Assembly: GCA_023383795.1 (NCBI GenBank)
Contig: JAHDYJ010000001.1
Location: 31,266-95,265, forward strand
DNA: 64,000 nucleotides
Source: Burkholderiales bacterium
GTDB taxonomy: Bacteria > Pseudomonadota > Gammaproteobacteria > Burkholderiales > SG8-39
Direction of reading: 5' to 3'
This document shows, one piece after another, positions 16,629 through 25,992 of the stretch (position 1 is the first letter of the stretch; every line of letters starts with the position of its first letter). The position numbers and the translations under genes were made by a program. The notes under the pieces are model-generated. The model did no database searches. It had not been told where the DNA came from and was given only the letters and a program-made list of their open reading frames with translations.

Positions 16629-17791
16629 TGGGCGACTTCCCGCGCGCGATCGGCCCGCTCCTCTGCGTGGTCGGCGCGCGGCCGAACTACATGAAGATGG
16701 CGCCGATCATCCGGGCGTTCGGCGCGCGGCCCGACCTGCCGCGCTCGGTGCTGGTGCACACCGGCCAGCACTACGACGCCTCGATGAACGACCGCCTCTT
16801 CGCCGATCTCGCGCTGCCGCTGCCCGACGTGAACCTCGAGGTCGGCTCGGGGTCGCACGCGGTGCAGACCGCCGAGATCATGCGCCGCTTCGAGCCGGTG
16901 CTCGACGCGCAGCAGCCCGCCTGCGTGATCGTGGTGGGCGACGTCAACTCCACCCTCGCCTGCAGCCTGGTCGCGGCCAAGAAGCTGGTGCCGGTGGTGC
17001 ACGTCGAGGCGGGGCTGCGCAGCTTCGACCGCGCGATGCCCGAGGAGGTGAACCGCGTCCTCACCGACCAGATCGCCGACGTGCTCTACACCACCGAGCG
17101 CGCCGCGCACGGGAACCTGGCGCGCGAGGGCATCGCGCCCGAGCGGATCCACTTCGTCGGCAACGTGATGATCGACTCGCTCGTCGCGAACCGCGAGCGC
17201 GCCCCCTCGCCCGCCGAGGCGCTGCGCCGCGCCGGCGCGCCGACCGCGGCCGCCGCGGCCCCGAGCGGCTACGGCGTCGTGACGCTGCACCGCCCCTCGA
17301 ACGTGGACCGCGCCGAGGCGCTGTCGCAGGCGCTCGGCATCCTGCGCGAGGCGAGCGAGCGCCTGCCGCTCGTCTGCGCGCTGCACCCGCGCACGCAGCA
17401 GAACATCGAGCGCTTCGGGCTCGGAAGCCTGCTCGCAACCGATCGCTTCGTCGTCCTGCCTCCGCTCGGCTATCTCGACATGCTCGGCCTGATGGGGGGC
17501 GCACGGCTCGTCCTCACCGACTCGGGCGGCATGCAGGAGGAGACCACCGCGCTCGGCGTGCCCTGCCTGACCCTGCGCGAGAACACCGAGCGGCCGATCA
17601 CCGCCGAGCAGGGCACCAACACCATCGTGGGCCGCAACCGCGAGCTCGTCCTCTCGCTCCTCGACGAGATCCTGCGCACCGGCGGCAAGCGCGGCCGCAT
17701 GCCTGAGCTCTGGGACGGGCACGCCGCCGAGCGGATCGCCGCGCACCTCGCGCGCTGGCTCGCCGAGCGCAAAGTCCCCGCCGGAGCCTGA
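16625..17791 (+). CDS. wecB: UDP-N-acetylglucosamine 2-epimerase (non-hydrolysing)
   Basis: VVGARPNYMKMAPI..HTGQHYD..M...F..DL.LP.PD..L.VGSGSHA.QTA...VVGDVNSTLA..LVAAK..VPVVHVEAGLRSFDRAMPEEVNR is a near-textbook WecB motif string. The start is GTG 16625 or ATG 16628, both overlapping the upstream TGA. Confidence 0.93.
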   Translation: MMGDFPRAIGPLLCVVGARPNYMKMAPIIRAFGARPDLPRSVLVHTGQHYDASMNDRLFADLALPLPDVNLEVGSGSHAVQTAEIMRRFEPVLDAQQPACVIVVGDVNSTLACSLVAAKKLVPVVHVEAGLRSFDRAMPEEVNRVLTDQIADVLYTTERAAHGNLAREGIAPERIHFVGNVMIDSLVANRERAPSPAEALRRAGAPTAAAAAPSGYGVVTLHRPSNVDRAEALSQALGILREASERLPLVCALHPRTQQNIERFGLGSLLATDRFVVLPPLGYLDMLGLMGGARLVLTDSGGMQEETTALGVPCLTLRENTERPITAEQGTNTIVGRNRELVLSLLDEILRTGGKRGRMPELWDGHAAERIAAHLARWLAERKVPAGA

Positions 17792-17793
17792 CC

Positions 17794-18654
17794 GTGGTCG
17801 CCGCCGAGCCGATCCGCACGCGGATCGTCAACGCCCTCACCGTCGACGTCGAGGACTACTTCCAGGTCTCGGCGTTCGCGCCGCACATCGGGCGCGACGA
17901 GTGGGACCGGATACCCGTGCGCGTCGAGCAGAACGTGGAGCTGATCCTGGCGATGCTCGCCGAGCACGGCGTGCACGCCACCTTCTTCACGCTGGGCTGG
18001 GTCGCCGAGCGCTGCCCCGGACTGGTGCGCAGGATCGCGGACGCGGGCCACGAGGTCGCGAGCCACGGCTACGCGCACCATCGCGCGAGCGAGCTCGCGC
18101 CCGGGGAGTTCCGCGACGACATCGGCCGCGCCAAGGCGGTGCTCGAGGACGCGACCGGAGCGAGGGTGCTCGGCTACCGCGCGCCGAGCTTCTCCATCAG
18201 CGGCCGCAACGACTGGGCGTTCGAGTGCATCGCCGAGGCGGGCTACCGCTACAGCTCGAGCATCTACCCGATCAAGCACGACCATTACGGCATGCCGAGC
18301 GCGCCGCGCTTCCCGCACCGCCCGCATCCGGACCTGCTCGAGCTTCCGGTCACGACGACCCGGATGCTCGGCCACAACCTCCCGGCGGGCGGCGGCGGCT
18401 ACTTCCGGCTGATGCCCTATCCGGTCTCGCGGTGGTTCATCCGGCGCGTGAACAACATCGACGGCCAGCCGGCGATCTTCTACTTCCACCCGTGGGAGGT
18501 CGATCCCGGGCAGCCGCGCGTGCACGGCATCGGCGCGAAGACGCGCTTCCGCCACTACCTGAACCTGAAGCAGACGGAGCAGCGGCTGCGCCGCCTGCTC
18601 GCCGACTTCCGCTGGGACAGGGTCGATCGGGTCTTCCTGGAGCGGCGTGGATGA
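17794..18654 (+). CDS. XrtA-system polysaccharide deacetylase (CE4/NodB-related)
   Basis: GTG start 2 nt after the wecB stop. NALTVDVEDYFQVSAF..., HGVHATFFTLGWVAE and EVASHGYAH are characteristic of the PEP-CTERM-locus deacetylase family. Confidence 0.9.
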   Translation: MVAAEPIRTRIVNALTVDVEDYFQVSAFAPHIGRDEWDRIPVRVEQNVELILAMLAEHGVHATFFTLGWVAERCPGLVRRIADAGHEVASHGYAHHRASELAPGEFRDDIGRAKAVLEDATGARVLGYRAPSFSISGRNDWAFECIAEAGYRYSSSIYPIKHDHYGMPSAPRFPHRPHPDLLELPVTTTRMLGHNLPAGGGGYFRLMPYPVSRWFIRRVNNIDGQPAIFYFHPWEVDPGQPRVHGIGAKTRFRHYLNLKQTEQRLRRLLADFRWDRVDRVFLERRG

Positions 18655-18714
18655 ATGGGATCGGCGCCGGCGAGCAGTCGGGTGCGCGGCACCACCCCGG
18701 CCGCTGCGCGGCCA

Positions 18715-18853
18715 CCCCTCCTCAAAGAGGAGGGGAGAGGAGTTTCCCCTCCTTTTCAAGGAAGGGTGTCGCGTGCAGCGCGGCGGGGTGGTTCGCGCGC
18801 AGCGCGTCCCCTCCTTGGGAAGGAGGGGTGCCGGCGAAGCCGGCGGGGTGGTT
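18715..18853. repeat. Cluster of three CCCCTCC-loop-GGAGGGG hairpins plus a duplicated CGGCGGGGTGGTT
   Basis: Hairpins: 18715-18735 CCCCTCCTCAAAGAGGAGGGG, 18746-18766 CCCCTCCTTTTCAAGGAAGGG, 18808-18828 CCCCTCCTTGGGAAGGAGGGG. CGGCGGGGTGGTT occurs at 18781-18793 and 18841-18853. Confidence 0.75.
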
Positions 18854-18879
18854 GACGCCGAACCACGCGACGTAACGCC

Positions 18880-19938
18880 ATGAAGATGTCCCTCTCCGAG
18901 GTCTCCCCGGCGCTCACGGTCCGCCCCTACACGGCGGCCGACCGCGACCGCTGGACGGCCTTCGTCGAGCGCTGCCCGGAAGCGACGTTTTTCCACCGCA
19001 TCGAGTGGAAGGACGTGATCGAGCGCGCTTTCCGGCATCGCACGCACTACCTCGTCGCCGAGCGCGAGACCGAGCTCGTGGGCGTGCTTCCGCTCGCCGA
19101 GGTGAAGAGCTTCCTCTTCGGCCACTCGCTCGCCTCGCTCCCCTTCTGCGTCTACGGCGGCTCGGCGGCGACCGACCCCGGCGCGGCGGCGGCACTGCAC
19201 GCCGCCGCCCGCGACCTCGCGCGCGAGCGCGGCGCGAGCCACCTCGAGCTGCGCCACCGCGAGGCGAAGGAGCCCGACTGGCCGCGGCAGGACCTCTACG
19301 TCACCTTCCGGAAAGAGATCCTGCCCGACGTCGAGGCGAACATGCTCGCGATCCCCCGCAAGCAGCGCGCGATGGTGCGCAAGGGCATCCAGCGCGGCCT
19401 GCGCGCCGAATTCGACGCAAGCGTGGACCGCTTCTTCGCGCTCTACGCCGACAACGTCCACCGTCACGGCACGCCCGCGCTTCCCAGGCGCTACTTCGCG
19501 CTGCTGAAGGAAACGTTCGGCGACGCCTGCAAGGTCCTCACCGTGGTCGACCCGCAGGGCGCGCCGGTGTCGAGCGTGCTGACCTTCTACTTCCGCGGCG
19601 AGGTGCTGCCCTACTACGCCGGCGACCACGAGCGAGCGCGCGAGCTTGCCGCGAACGACTTCAAGTACTGGGCACTGCTCGAGGACGGCTGCGAGCGGGG
19701 CTACCGGGTCTTCGACTACGGCCGCAGCAAGCAGGGCACCGGCAGCTTCGACTTCAAGAAGAACTGGGGCTTCGAGCCGACCCCGCTCGCCTACGAGTAC
19801 GCGCTCCTGCAAGGCGACCGCATCCCCGAGAACAATCCGCTCAATCCCAAGTACCGCGCCTTCATCGCCGCGTGGCGCCGCTTGCCGATCGGGCTCGCAA
19901 ACGCGCTCGGGCCGTACATCGTCCGGAGCCTCGGCTGA
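18880..19938 (+). CDS. FemAB-family protein, XrtA/PEP-CTERM system-associated
   Basis: 352 aa. FFHRIEWKDVIERAF..., VLPYYAGD and FDYGRSKQGTGSFDFKKNWGFEP match the FemAB/BioF2-like acyltransferase fold. Its position directly upstream of xrtA matches described loci. Confidence 0.88.
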   Translation: MKMSLSEVSPALTVRPYTAADRDRWTAFVERCPEATFFHRIEWKDVIERAFRHRTHYLVAERETELVGVLPLAEVKSFLFGHSLASLPFCVYGGSAATDPGAAAALHAAARDLARERGASHLELRHREAKEPDWPRQDLYVTFRKEILPDVEANMLAIPRKQRAMVRKGIQRGLRAEFDASVDRFFALYADNVHRHGTPALPRRYFALLKETFGDACKVLTVVDPQGAPVSSVLTFYFRGEVLPYYAGDHERARELAANDFKYWALLEDGCERGYRVFDYGRSKQGTGSFDFKKNWGFEPTPLAYEYALLQGDRIPENNPLNPKYRAFIAAWRRLPIGLANALGPYIVRSLG

Positions 19939-19960
19939 TTCCACGAAGCCGGAGCATGAG

Positions 19961-21520
19961 GTGAAGCCCGAGATGCACTTCGCTCCCGAGCAGCGGGTCG
20001 GAACCGCCACGGCGGGCCGCCTCGCCGCGATCGCGGCCGCGCTCGTCTCGCTCGGCCTGATCGCCGCGTTCTGGCCCACGGCGCAGTCGATCGAGGCGAT
20101 CTGGCGGCGCTCGGAGACCTACGCGCACGGCTACGTCGTCGTTCCGATCCTCCTGTGGCTCGTGTGGCGCGAGCGCGACGCGCTGGCGCGGCTGCCGGTG
20201 CGGCCCTTCTGGCCCGCGCTCGCGCTGGTGGCCGCGGCCGGCTTCGCCTGGATGCTCGGCAGCCTCGCCGGCGTCCTCGGACTCGAGCACTTCGCGCTCC
20301 TCTTCATGGTGCTCGGCGGCATCGTCGCGGTGGTCGGCCTGCCGATCGCCCGCGCGATCGCGTTCCCGCTCGCGTTCCTCTTCTTCGCGGTCCCGGTCGG
20401 CGAGTTCCTCGTGCCGATGCTGATCGACCGCACGGCCGACGCGACCGTCGCCGCGCTGCGGCTGACGGGCGTGCCGGTCTTCCGCGAGGGCAACCACTTC
20501 GCGATCCCCTCCGGGCGGTGGTCGGTCGTCGAGGCGTGCAGCGGCATCCGCTATCTGCTCGCCTCGCTGATGGCCGGAACGCTGTACGCCTATCTCACCT
20601 ACCGCTCGCTGCGCCGGCGCCTCCTCTTCGTCGGCGTGTCGATCGTCGTGCCGATCATCGCGAACTGGCTGCGCGCCTACATGATCGTGATGATCGGGCA
20701 TCTCTCGGGCAACACGCTCGCGGTCGGCGTCGATCACATCCTCTACGGCTGGATCTTCTTCGGCGTCGTCATCCTGGTCATGTTCTGGATCGGATCGTTC
20801 TGGCGCGAGGACGAGCCGGACGCGCCGGCGGCGCCCGCACGCCCGGCGGCGCCCGCGCCGGCCGCGCATCGCGCCGCGCCGGTCGCGCTCGCGATCGTCG
20901 CGGCGCTCGCGCTGGGCGCGCTCTGGCGGCCGCTCGGCGCCGCGCTCGAAGAGCGGGCGCAAGTCGCCCCGGCCGGGATCCCCGCGGTGCAGAGCGCTGC
21001 CGGCTGGCAGAGCGCACCTGCTCCGGACCCGGTCTGGACGCCCCACTACGTGGGCCCGCAACGCGAGGCGCACCAGTGGTTCGCCAAGGACGGCCGGGTG
21101 GTCGGCGTGTACGTGGCCCTCTACAGCCGCCAGACCCAGGGAAACGAGCTCATCGTCTCGCACAACCAGCTCGTGCCCCCCAACGACAAGCAATGGGTCA
21201 AGGTCGCGGAAGGCCGGCGCGCCATGGACTGGAACGGCGATTCGATCACCGTGCGCGCGGCGGAGATCGCGGGCGGGCCGCAGCCGCTCGCCGCGCGCGC
21301 GTGGTACTGGGTGAACGGGCGGTTCACCGCGAGCGACGCCTTGGCGAAGGCGCTGCTCGCCCTCGCCAAGGTGACGCTCGATCCCGACCACTCCGCGGTG
21401 ATCGTGATCTACACGCCGAAGACCGACCCTGCGGCGCGCGGAGAGACGGCGCTCGACGCCTTCGCGCGCGAGATGGCGCCCGCCGTGATGAGCGCGCTGC
21501 GCGCGGCGACCAGGCATTGA
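19961..21520 (+). CDS. xrtA: Exosortase A (XrtA) fused to a C-terminal EpsI-family domain
   Basis: Multi-TM N-terminal half with the exosortase catalytic motifs VVEACSGIRYL (Cys), IANWLRAYMIVMIGH (Arg) and DHILYGWIFFG (His). A Pro/Ala linker EDEPDAPAAPARPAAPAPAA follows, then a TM (VALAIVAALALGALW) and a ~190-aa periplasmic EpsI-like domain. The start is GTG 19961 (SD GGAG at 19951-19954) or ATG 19973. Confidence 0.92.
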   Translation: MKPEMHFAPEQRVGTATAGRLAAIAAALVSLGLIAAFWPTAQSIEAIWRRSETYAHGYVVVPILLWLVWRERDALARLPVRPFWPALALVAAAGFAWMLGSLAGVLGLEHFALLFMVLGGIVAVVGLPIARAIAFPLAFLFFAVPVGEFLVPMLIDRTADATVAALRLTGVPVFREGNHFAIPSGRWSVVEACSGIRYLLASLMAGTLYAYLTYRSLRRRLLFVGVSIVVPIIANWLRAYMIVMIGHLSGNTLAVGVDHILYGWIFFGVVILVMFWIGSFWREDEPDAPAAPARPAAPAPAAHRAAPVALAIVAALALGALWRPLGAALEERAQVAPAGIPAVQSAAGWQSAPAPDPVWTPHYVGPQREAHQWFAKDGRVVGVYVALYSRQTQGNELIVSHNQLVPPNDKQWVKVAEGRRAMDWNGDSITVRAAEIAGGPQPLAARAWYWVNGRFTASDALAKALLALAKVTLDPDHSAVIVIYTPKTDPAARGETALDAFAREMAPAVMSALRAATRH

Positions 21521-21552
21521 GCATGTGGAGCGGGTCGATGCACGACGTCAGC

Positions 21553-21579
21553 CTGGATTCCCGCTTGCGCGGCGATGGC
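21553..21579. repeat. REP-like palindrome between xrtA and the next glycosyltransferase
   Basis: CTGGATTCCCGCTTGCGCGGCGATGGC, of the same family as 7188-7214. Confidence 0.65.
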
Positions 21580-21610
21580 CTCGCATTCGGCTTGTGCGGC
21601 AACGGCGGCC

Positions 21611-22795
21611 ATGCCTGACTTCGACCGTCGCCCGCTCGTCCTGCACGTCGTCTACCGCTTCGCGGTGGGCGGCCTGGAGAACGGCGTCGTCAACCTGATC
21701 AACCGCCTGCCGCACGACGCGTGGCGGCACGGCGTCGTCGCGCTCACCGAGGTCTCGCCCGAGTTCTGCCGCCGCATCGAGCGGAGCGACGTCCTCTACG
21801 AAGCGCTCGACAAGGGGCCCGGGCATCTCGTCGGGATGTACCCGCGCCTCTATCGTCTCGTCCGCAGGCTCAAGCCGGCGATCGTCCACACGCGCAACAT
21901 GGCCGCGCTCGAGGCGACGCTGCCCGCGTGGGCGGCGGGCGCGCCGGTGCGCATCCACGGCGAGCACGGCTGGGACACCGCCGATCTCGACGGCGAGAGC
22001 GTGCGGCTGCGGTGGACCCGCCGCGCGTTCAGCCCGTTCGTCACCGGGTACGTCGCGCTCTCGCAGCATCTGCAGGACTATCTGCAGCGGCGCGTCGGCA
22101 TCGACCGCGAGCGCGTGTGGCAGCTCTACAACGGCGTCGACACCGCGCGTTTCTTCCCGGGCGGCGCCAATCGCCCCCGCGTCGCGGACTGCCCGTTCGC
22201 CGACCCGGGGCTGTGGCTCGTCGGCACGGTCGGCCGGATGCAGGCGGTGAAGGATCCCGTCAACCTCGCCCGCGCGTTCGTGCGCTCGATCGAGCGCAAC
22301 CCGCCGGCGCGCGCCAGGCTGCGCCTCGTCATGGTGGGCGACGGCCCGCTGCGGCCGGAGGTCGAGCGCACCCTCACCGCGGCCGGCATGCGCGAGCTCG
22401 CGTGGCTCCCCGGCGAGCGGGCCGACGTGCCCGAGATCATGCGCGGCCTCGACTGCTTCGTGCTTCCCTCGCTCGCCGAGGGCATCTCCAACACGATCCT
22501 GGAGGCGATGGCGAGCGGGCTCACCGTGATCGCGACGCGCGTGGGCGGCAACGCCGAGCTCGTCGAGGAGGGTCTCACCGGGCGCCTGGTGCCCCCGGCC
22601 GACAGCGAGGCGCTCGCCACGCGCATCCTCGACTACCTGCACCATCCCGAGGTCCTGCGCCGCCACGGCCGCGCCGGCCGCAACCGCGCGGAGCGCCAGT
22701 TCAGCCTCGACCGCATGGTCGCCGACTATGACCGGCTCTACCGGCGCCAACTGCAGCGCCGCGGCGTGCCGCATCCCTCGCTCACCCGGGCCTAG
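21611..22795 (+). CDS. GT4 glycosyltransferase (PEP-CTERM/EpsH1 system-associated sugar transferase type)
   Basis: Start at ATG 21611. LVLHVVYRFAVGGLENGVVNLINRL N-terminus, and the C-terminal EGISNTILEAMASGLTVIATRVGGNAELVEEGLTGRLV (E-x7-E GT4 motif). Confidence 0.88.
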   Translation: MPDFDRRPLVLHVVYRFAVGGLENGVVNLINRLPHDAWRHGVVALTEVSPEFCRRIERSDVLYEALDKGPGHLVGMYPRLYRLVRRLKPAIVHTRNMAALEATLPAWAAGAPVRIHGEHGWDTADLDGESVRLRWTRRAFSPFVTGYVALSQHLQDYLQRRVGIDRERVWQLYNGVDTARFFPGGANRPRVADCPFADPGLWLVGTVGRMQAVKDPVNLARAFVRSIERNPPARARLRLVMVGDGPLRPEVERTLTAAGMRELAWLPGERADVPEIMRGLDCFVLPSLAEGISNTILEAMASGLTVIATRVGGNAELVEEGLTGRLVPPADSEALATRILDYLHHPEVLRRHGRAGRNRAERQFSLDRMVADYDRLYRRQLQRRGVPHPSLTRA

Positions 22796-22802
22796 CAGAG
22801 CG

Positions 22803-24731
22803 ATGTGCGGCATCGTGGGCGTGCTCGACGTGCGCGGCAAGCGCGAGATCGCGCGCGAGCTCGTCGAGCGCATGAACGAGATCCAGCACCACCGCGGCCC
22901 CGACGAGGGCGGCTTTCATCTCGAGCCCGGGCTCGGGCTCGGCCACCGACGCCTCTCGATCATCGACCTCGCCACGGGCCAGCAGCCGCTCTACAACGAG
23001 GACGGGACGGTCTGCGTCGTCTTCAACGGCGAGATCTACAACTACCGCGAGCTGATCCCCGAGCTCGTCCGCCTCGGCCACGTCTTCCGCACCCGGAGCG
23101 ACACCGAGGTGATCGTGCACGCCTGGGAGGCCTGGGGCGAGGCGTGCGTCAGGCGCTTCCGCGGCATGTTCGCCTTCGCGCTGTGGGACCGCGACCGCGA
23201 GACGCTCTTCCTCGCGCGCGACCGCCTCGGCGTGAAGCCGCTCTACTACGCCGCGCTCGCCGACGGCACGGTGATCTTCGGCTCGGAGCTGAAGGCGCTC
23301 GCCGCACACCCCGGCCTCGACCGCGCGCTCGACCCGTACGCGATCGAGGAGTACTTCGCCCTCGGCTACGTCCCCGAGCCCCGCACGATCTACCGCGGCG
23401 CGCGCAAGCTCCCGCCCGCGCACACGCTCACCGTCGTGCGCGGCCGCGCGCTCCCCGCACCGCAGGAGTACTGGGACGTCCGCTTCACCGTCGACAACCG
23501 CATCGGCGAGGCCGAGGCGTGCGAGGAGCTGGTTCGCCGGCTGCGCGAGTCGGTGGCGCTCCGCCTGATCTCGGAAGTGCCGCTCGGCGCGTTCCTCTCC
23601 GGCGGCGTCGACTCGAGCGCGGTGGTGGCGATGATGGCCGGACTCTCGACCGAGCCCGTCGAGACCTGCTCGATCGCGTTCGCCGATCCGGCGTTCGACG
23701 AATCCAGGTACGCGCAGGAGGTCGCCGACCGCTACCGCACGCGCCACCACGTCGACCGCGTCGAGAGCGACGACTTCGACCTGATCGACACGCTCGCCGC
23801 CACTTACGACGAGCCGTACGCCGACAGCTCGGCGATCCCCACCTACCGGGTGTGCCAGCTCGCCCGCACCCACGTGACGGTCGCGCTCTCGGGCGACGGC
23901 GGCGACGAGAGCTTCGGCGGCTACCGGCGCTACCGCATGCACGTGGGCGAGGAGCGCATGCGCGCGGCGCTACCGCTTTCGGTCCGGCGCCCGGTCTTCG
24001 GGCTCCTCGGCCGAATGTACCCGAAGGCCGACTGGGCGCCGCGCGTCTTCCGCGCGAAGAGCACCTTCCAGGCGCTCGCCCGCGACTCGGTCGAGGCCTA
24101 CTTCCACGGCGTGTCGATCCTGCGCGACGACATGCGCGCGCAGCTCTTCGGCAACACCTTGAAGGCCGAGCTCGGCGGCTACAACGCGGTGGAAGTCTTC
24201 CACCGCCACGCCGAGCGCGCGAACCGCGACGACCCGCTCGCGCTCGTGCAGTACCTCGACCTGAAGACCTACCTCGTCGGCGACATCAACACCAAGGTGG
24301 ACCGCGCCAGCATGGCGCACTCGCTCGAGGTGCGCGAGCCGCTGATGGATCACCCGCTGGTGGAATGGCTCGCGAGCCTGCCCTCGGCGCTGAAGGTCGC
24401 CGGGGGCGAGGGCAAGTACTGCCTGAAGAAGGCGATGGAGCCGCACCTGCCCGCCGGCATCCTCTACCGGCCGAAGATGGGCTTCGCGGTGCCGCTCGCC
24501 GCGTGGTTCCGCGGCCCCTTGCGCAGCCGCGTGCGCGAGGCCGTGCTCGGTCCGCGGCTGCTCGACACCGGCCTCTGCAACCCGGCCTACCTCCGGCATC
24601 TGCTGGAGGCGCACCAGTCGGGCGTGCGCGACTACAGCGCCCCGCTGTGGACGCTCCTGATGTTCGACGCGTTCCTCGGGCACGAAGCTTCGGCCCGCCC
24701 CGCGCCGGCCACGCTGCGGGCGGCCGGATGA
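22803..24731 (+). CDS. Asparagine synthase (glutamine-hydrolysing)-family amidotransferase, exosortase A system-associated
   Basis: MCGIVG N-terminal nucleophile Cys, HRGPDE, RLSIIDL, NGEIYNY, and the PP-loop GAFLSGGVDSSAVVAMM. Confidence 0.92.
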   Translation: MCGIVGVLDVRGKREIARELVERMNEIQHHRGPDEGGFHLEPGLGLGHRRLSIIDLATGQQPLYNEDGTVCVVFNGEIYNYRELIPELVRLGHVFRTRSDTEVIVHAWEAWGEACVRRFRGMFAFALWDRDRETLFLARDRLGVKPLYYAALADGTVIFGSELKALAAHPGLDRALDPYAIEEYFALGYVPEPRTIYRGARKLPPAHTLTVVRGRALPAPQEYWDVRFTVDNRIGEAEACEELVRRLRESVALRLISEVPLGAFLSGGVDSSAVVAMMAGLSTEPVETCSIAFADPAFDESRYAQEVADRYRTRHHVDRVESDDFDLIDTLAATYDEPYADSSAIPTYRVCQLARTHVTVALSGDGGDESFGGYRRYRMHVGEERMRAALPLSVRRPVFGLLGRMYPKADWAPRVFRAKSTFQALARDSVEAYFHGVSILRDDMRAQLFGNTLKAELGGYNAVEVFHRHAERANRDDPLALVQYLDLKTYLVGDINTKVDRASMAHSLEVREPLMDHPLVEWLASLPSALKVAGGEGKYCLKKAMEPHLPAGILYRPKMGFAVPLAAWFRGPLRSRVREAVLGPRLLDTGLCNPAYLRHLLEAHQSGVRDYSAPLWTLLMFDAFLGHEASARPAPATLRAAG

Positions 24732-25963
24732 GCCTGCGCATCCTGCACGTGCTGGACCACTCGCTGCCGCTGCAGAGCGGTTACGCGTTCCGCACGCTAG
24801 CGATCCTGCGCGAGCAGCGCGCGCTCGGCTGGGAGACCTTCCACCTCACCTCGCCGAAGCACTACGCGAGCCAGGCGGCCGCGGAGACGGTCGAAGGCTG
24901 GCACTTCCATCGCACGCCGATGCCCAAGGGCGGCCTCGACCGCGTGCCTGCGCTCGGCGAGCTGAAGCTCATGTCCGCCCTCGCGCGCCGGATCGCGGAT
25001 GTCGCGCGCCGCGTGGGCCCGGACATCATGCACGTCCATTCTCCCGTCCTGAACGCGCTGCCCTCGTTCCGGGTCGGACGGCGGCTCGGCATCCCGGTGG
25101 TCTACGAGCTGCGCGCGCTGTGGGAGGACGCCGCCGTCGATCACGGCACGACGCGCGAGGGGAGCCTGCGCTACCGCGCGTCGCGTGCCCTGGAAACCTA
25201 CGCCTTGCGCCGCGCGGCCCGGATCACGACGATCTGCGAGGGGTTGCGCGGCGAGATCGTCGCGCGCGGCATCGCGCCCGAGCGGGTCACGGTGATTCCC
25301 AACGCGGTCGACGTCGAGGCCTTCCGCGCCGGGCGCGCGCCCGACGCGGCGCTGCGCGAGTCGCTCGGCCTCGGCCGCGGCACGGTGCTCGGCTTCGCCG
25401 GCTCGTTCTACGGCTACGAGGGACTCGACCTCCTGCTCGAAGCGTTCGCCCTGCTCCGTCCCCGCCATCCCGATCTGCGGGTGCTGCTCGTCGGCGGCGG
25501 CATGCAGGAGGAAGCCCTCAAGGGGCAAGCGGCCCGCCTCGGGGTCGAGGCGCAGATCGTCTTCACCGGGCGCGTGGCGCACGAGGACGTGCAGCGCTAC
25601 TACGACCTCATCGACATCCTCGTCTACCCGCGGCGCTCGATGCGCCTGACCGAGCTGGTGACGCCATTGAAGCCGCTCGAGGCCATGGCGCAAGGACGCA
25701 TCGTCGTCGCCTCCGACGTCGGCGGCCATCGCGAGCTCGTCCGCGGCGGGGAGACCGGATACCTCTTCGCGGCGGGCAGCGCGCCACGGCTCGCCGAGAC
25801 CCTCGCGACCGCCCTCGACCGGCGCGGCGAATGGCCGCGCATGATCGCCGCCGGCCGCCGCTTCGTCGAGGAGGAGCGGACCTGGCGCCGCAGCGTGCAG
25901 CGCTACGTCGACGTCTACCGCGCCCTGCTGCCGGGCGCGCCCGAACTGCAGCCTGCCGCATGA
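24728..25963 (+). CDS. GT4 glycosyltransferase (exosortase A-associated type)
   Basis: ATG 24728 overlaps the upstream TGA (ATGA). LRILHVLDHSLPLQSGYAFRT N-terminus and TPLKPLEAMAQGRIVVASDVGGHRELVRGGETGYLF. Confidence 0.88.
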   Translation: MSLRILHVLDHSLPLQSGYAFRTLAILREQRALGWETFHLTSPKHYASQAAAETVEGWHFHRTPMPKGGLDRVPALGELKLMSALARRIADVARRVGPDIMHVHSPVLNALPSFRVGRRLGIPVVYELRALWEDAAVDHGTTREGSLRYRASRALETYALRRAARITTICEGLRGEIVARGIAPERVTVIPNAVDVEAFRAGRAPDAALRESLGLGRGTVLGFAGSFYGYEGLDLLLEAFALLRPRHPDLRVLLVGGGMQEEALKGQAARLGVEAQIVFTGRVAHEDVQRYYDLIDILVYPRRSMRLTELVTPLKPLEAMAQGRIVVASDVGGHRELVRGGETGYLFAAGSAPRLAETLATALDRRGEWPRMIAAGRRFVEEERTWRRSVQRYVDVYRALLPGAPELQPAA

Positions 25964-25992
25964 GCTCGACCGCACCCGTGAGGAACTGAACC

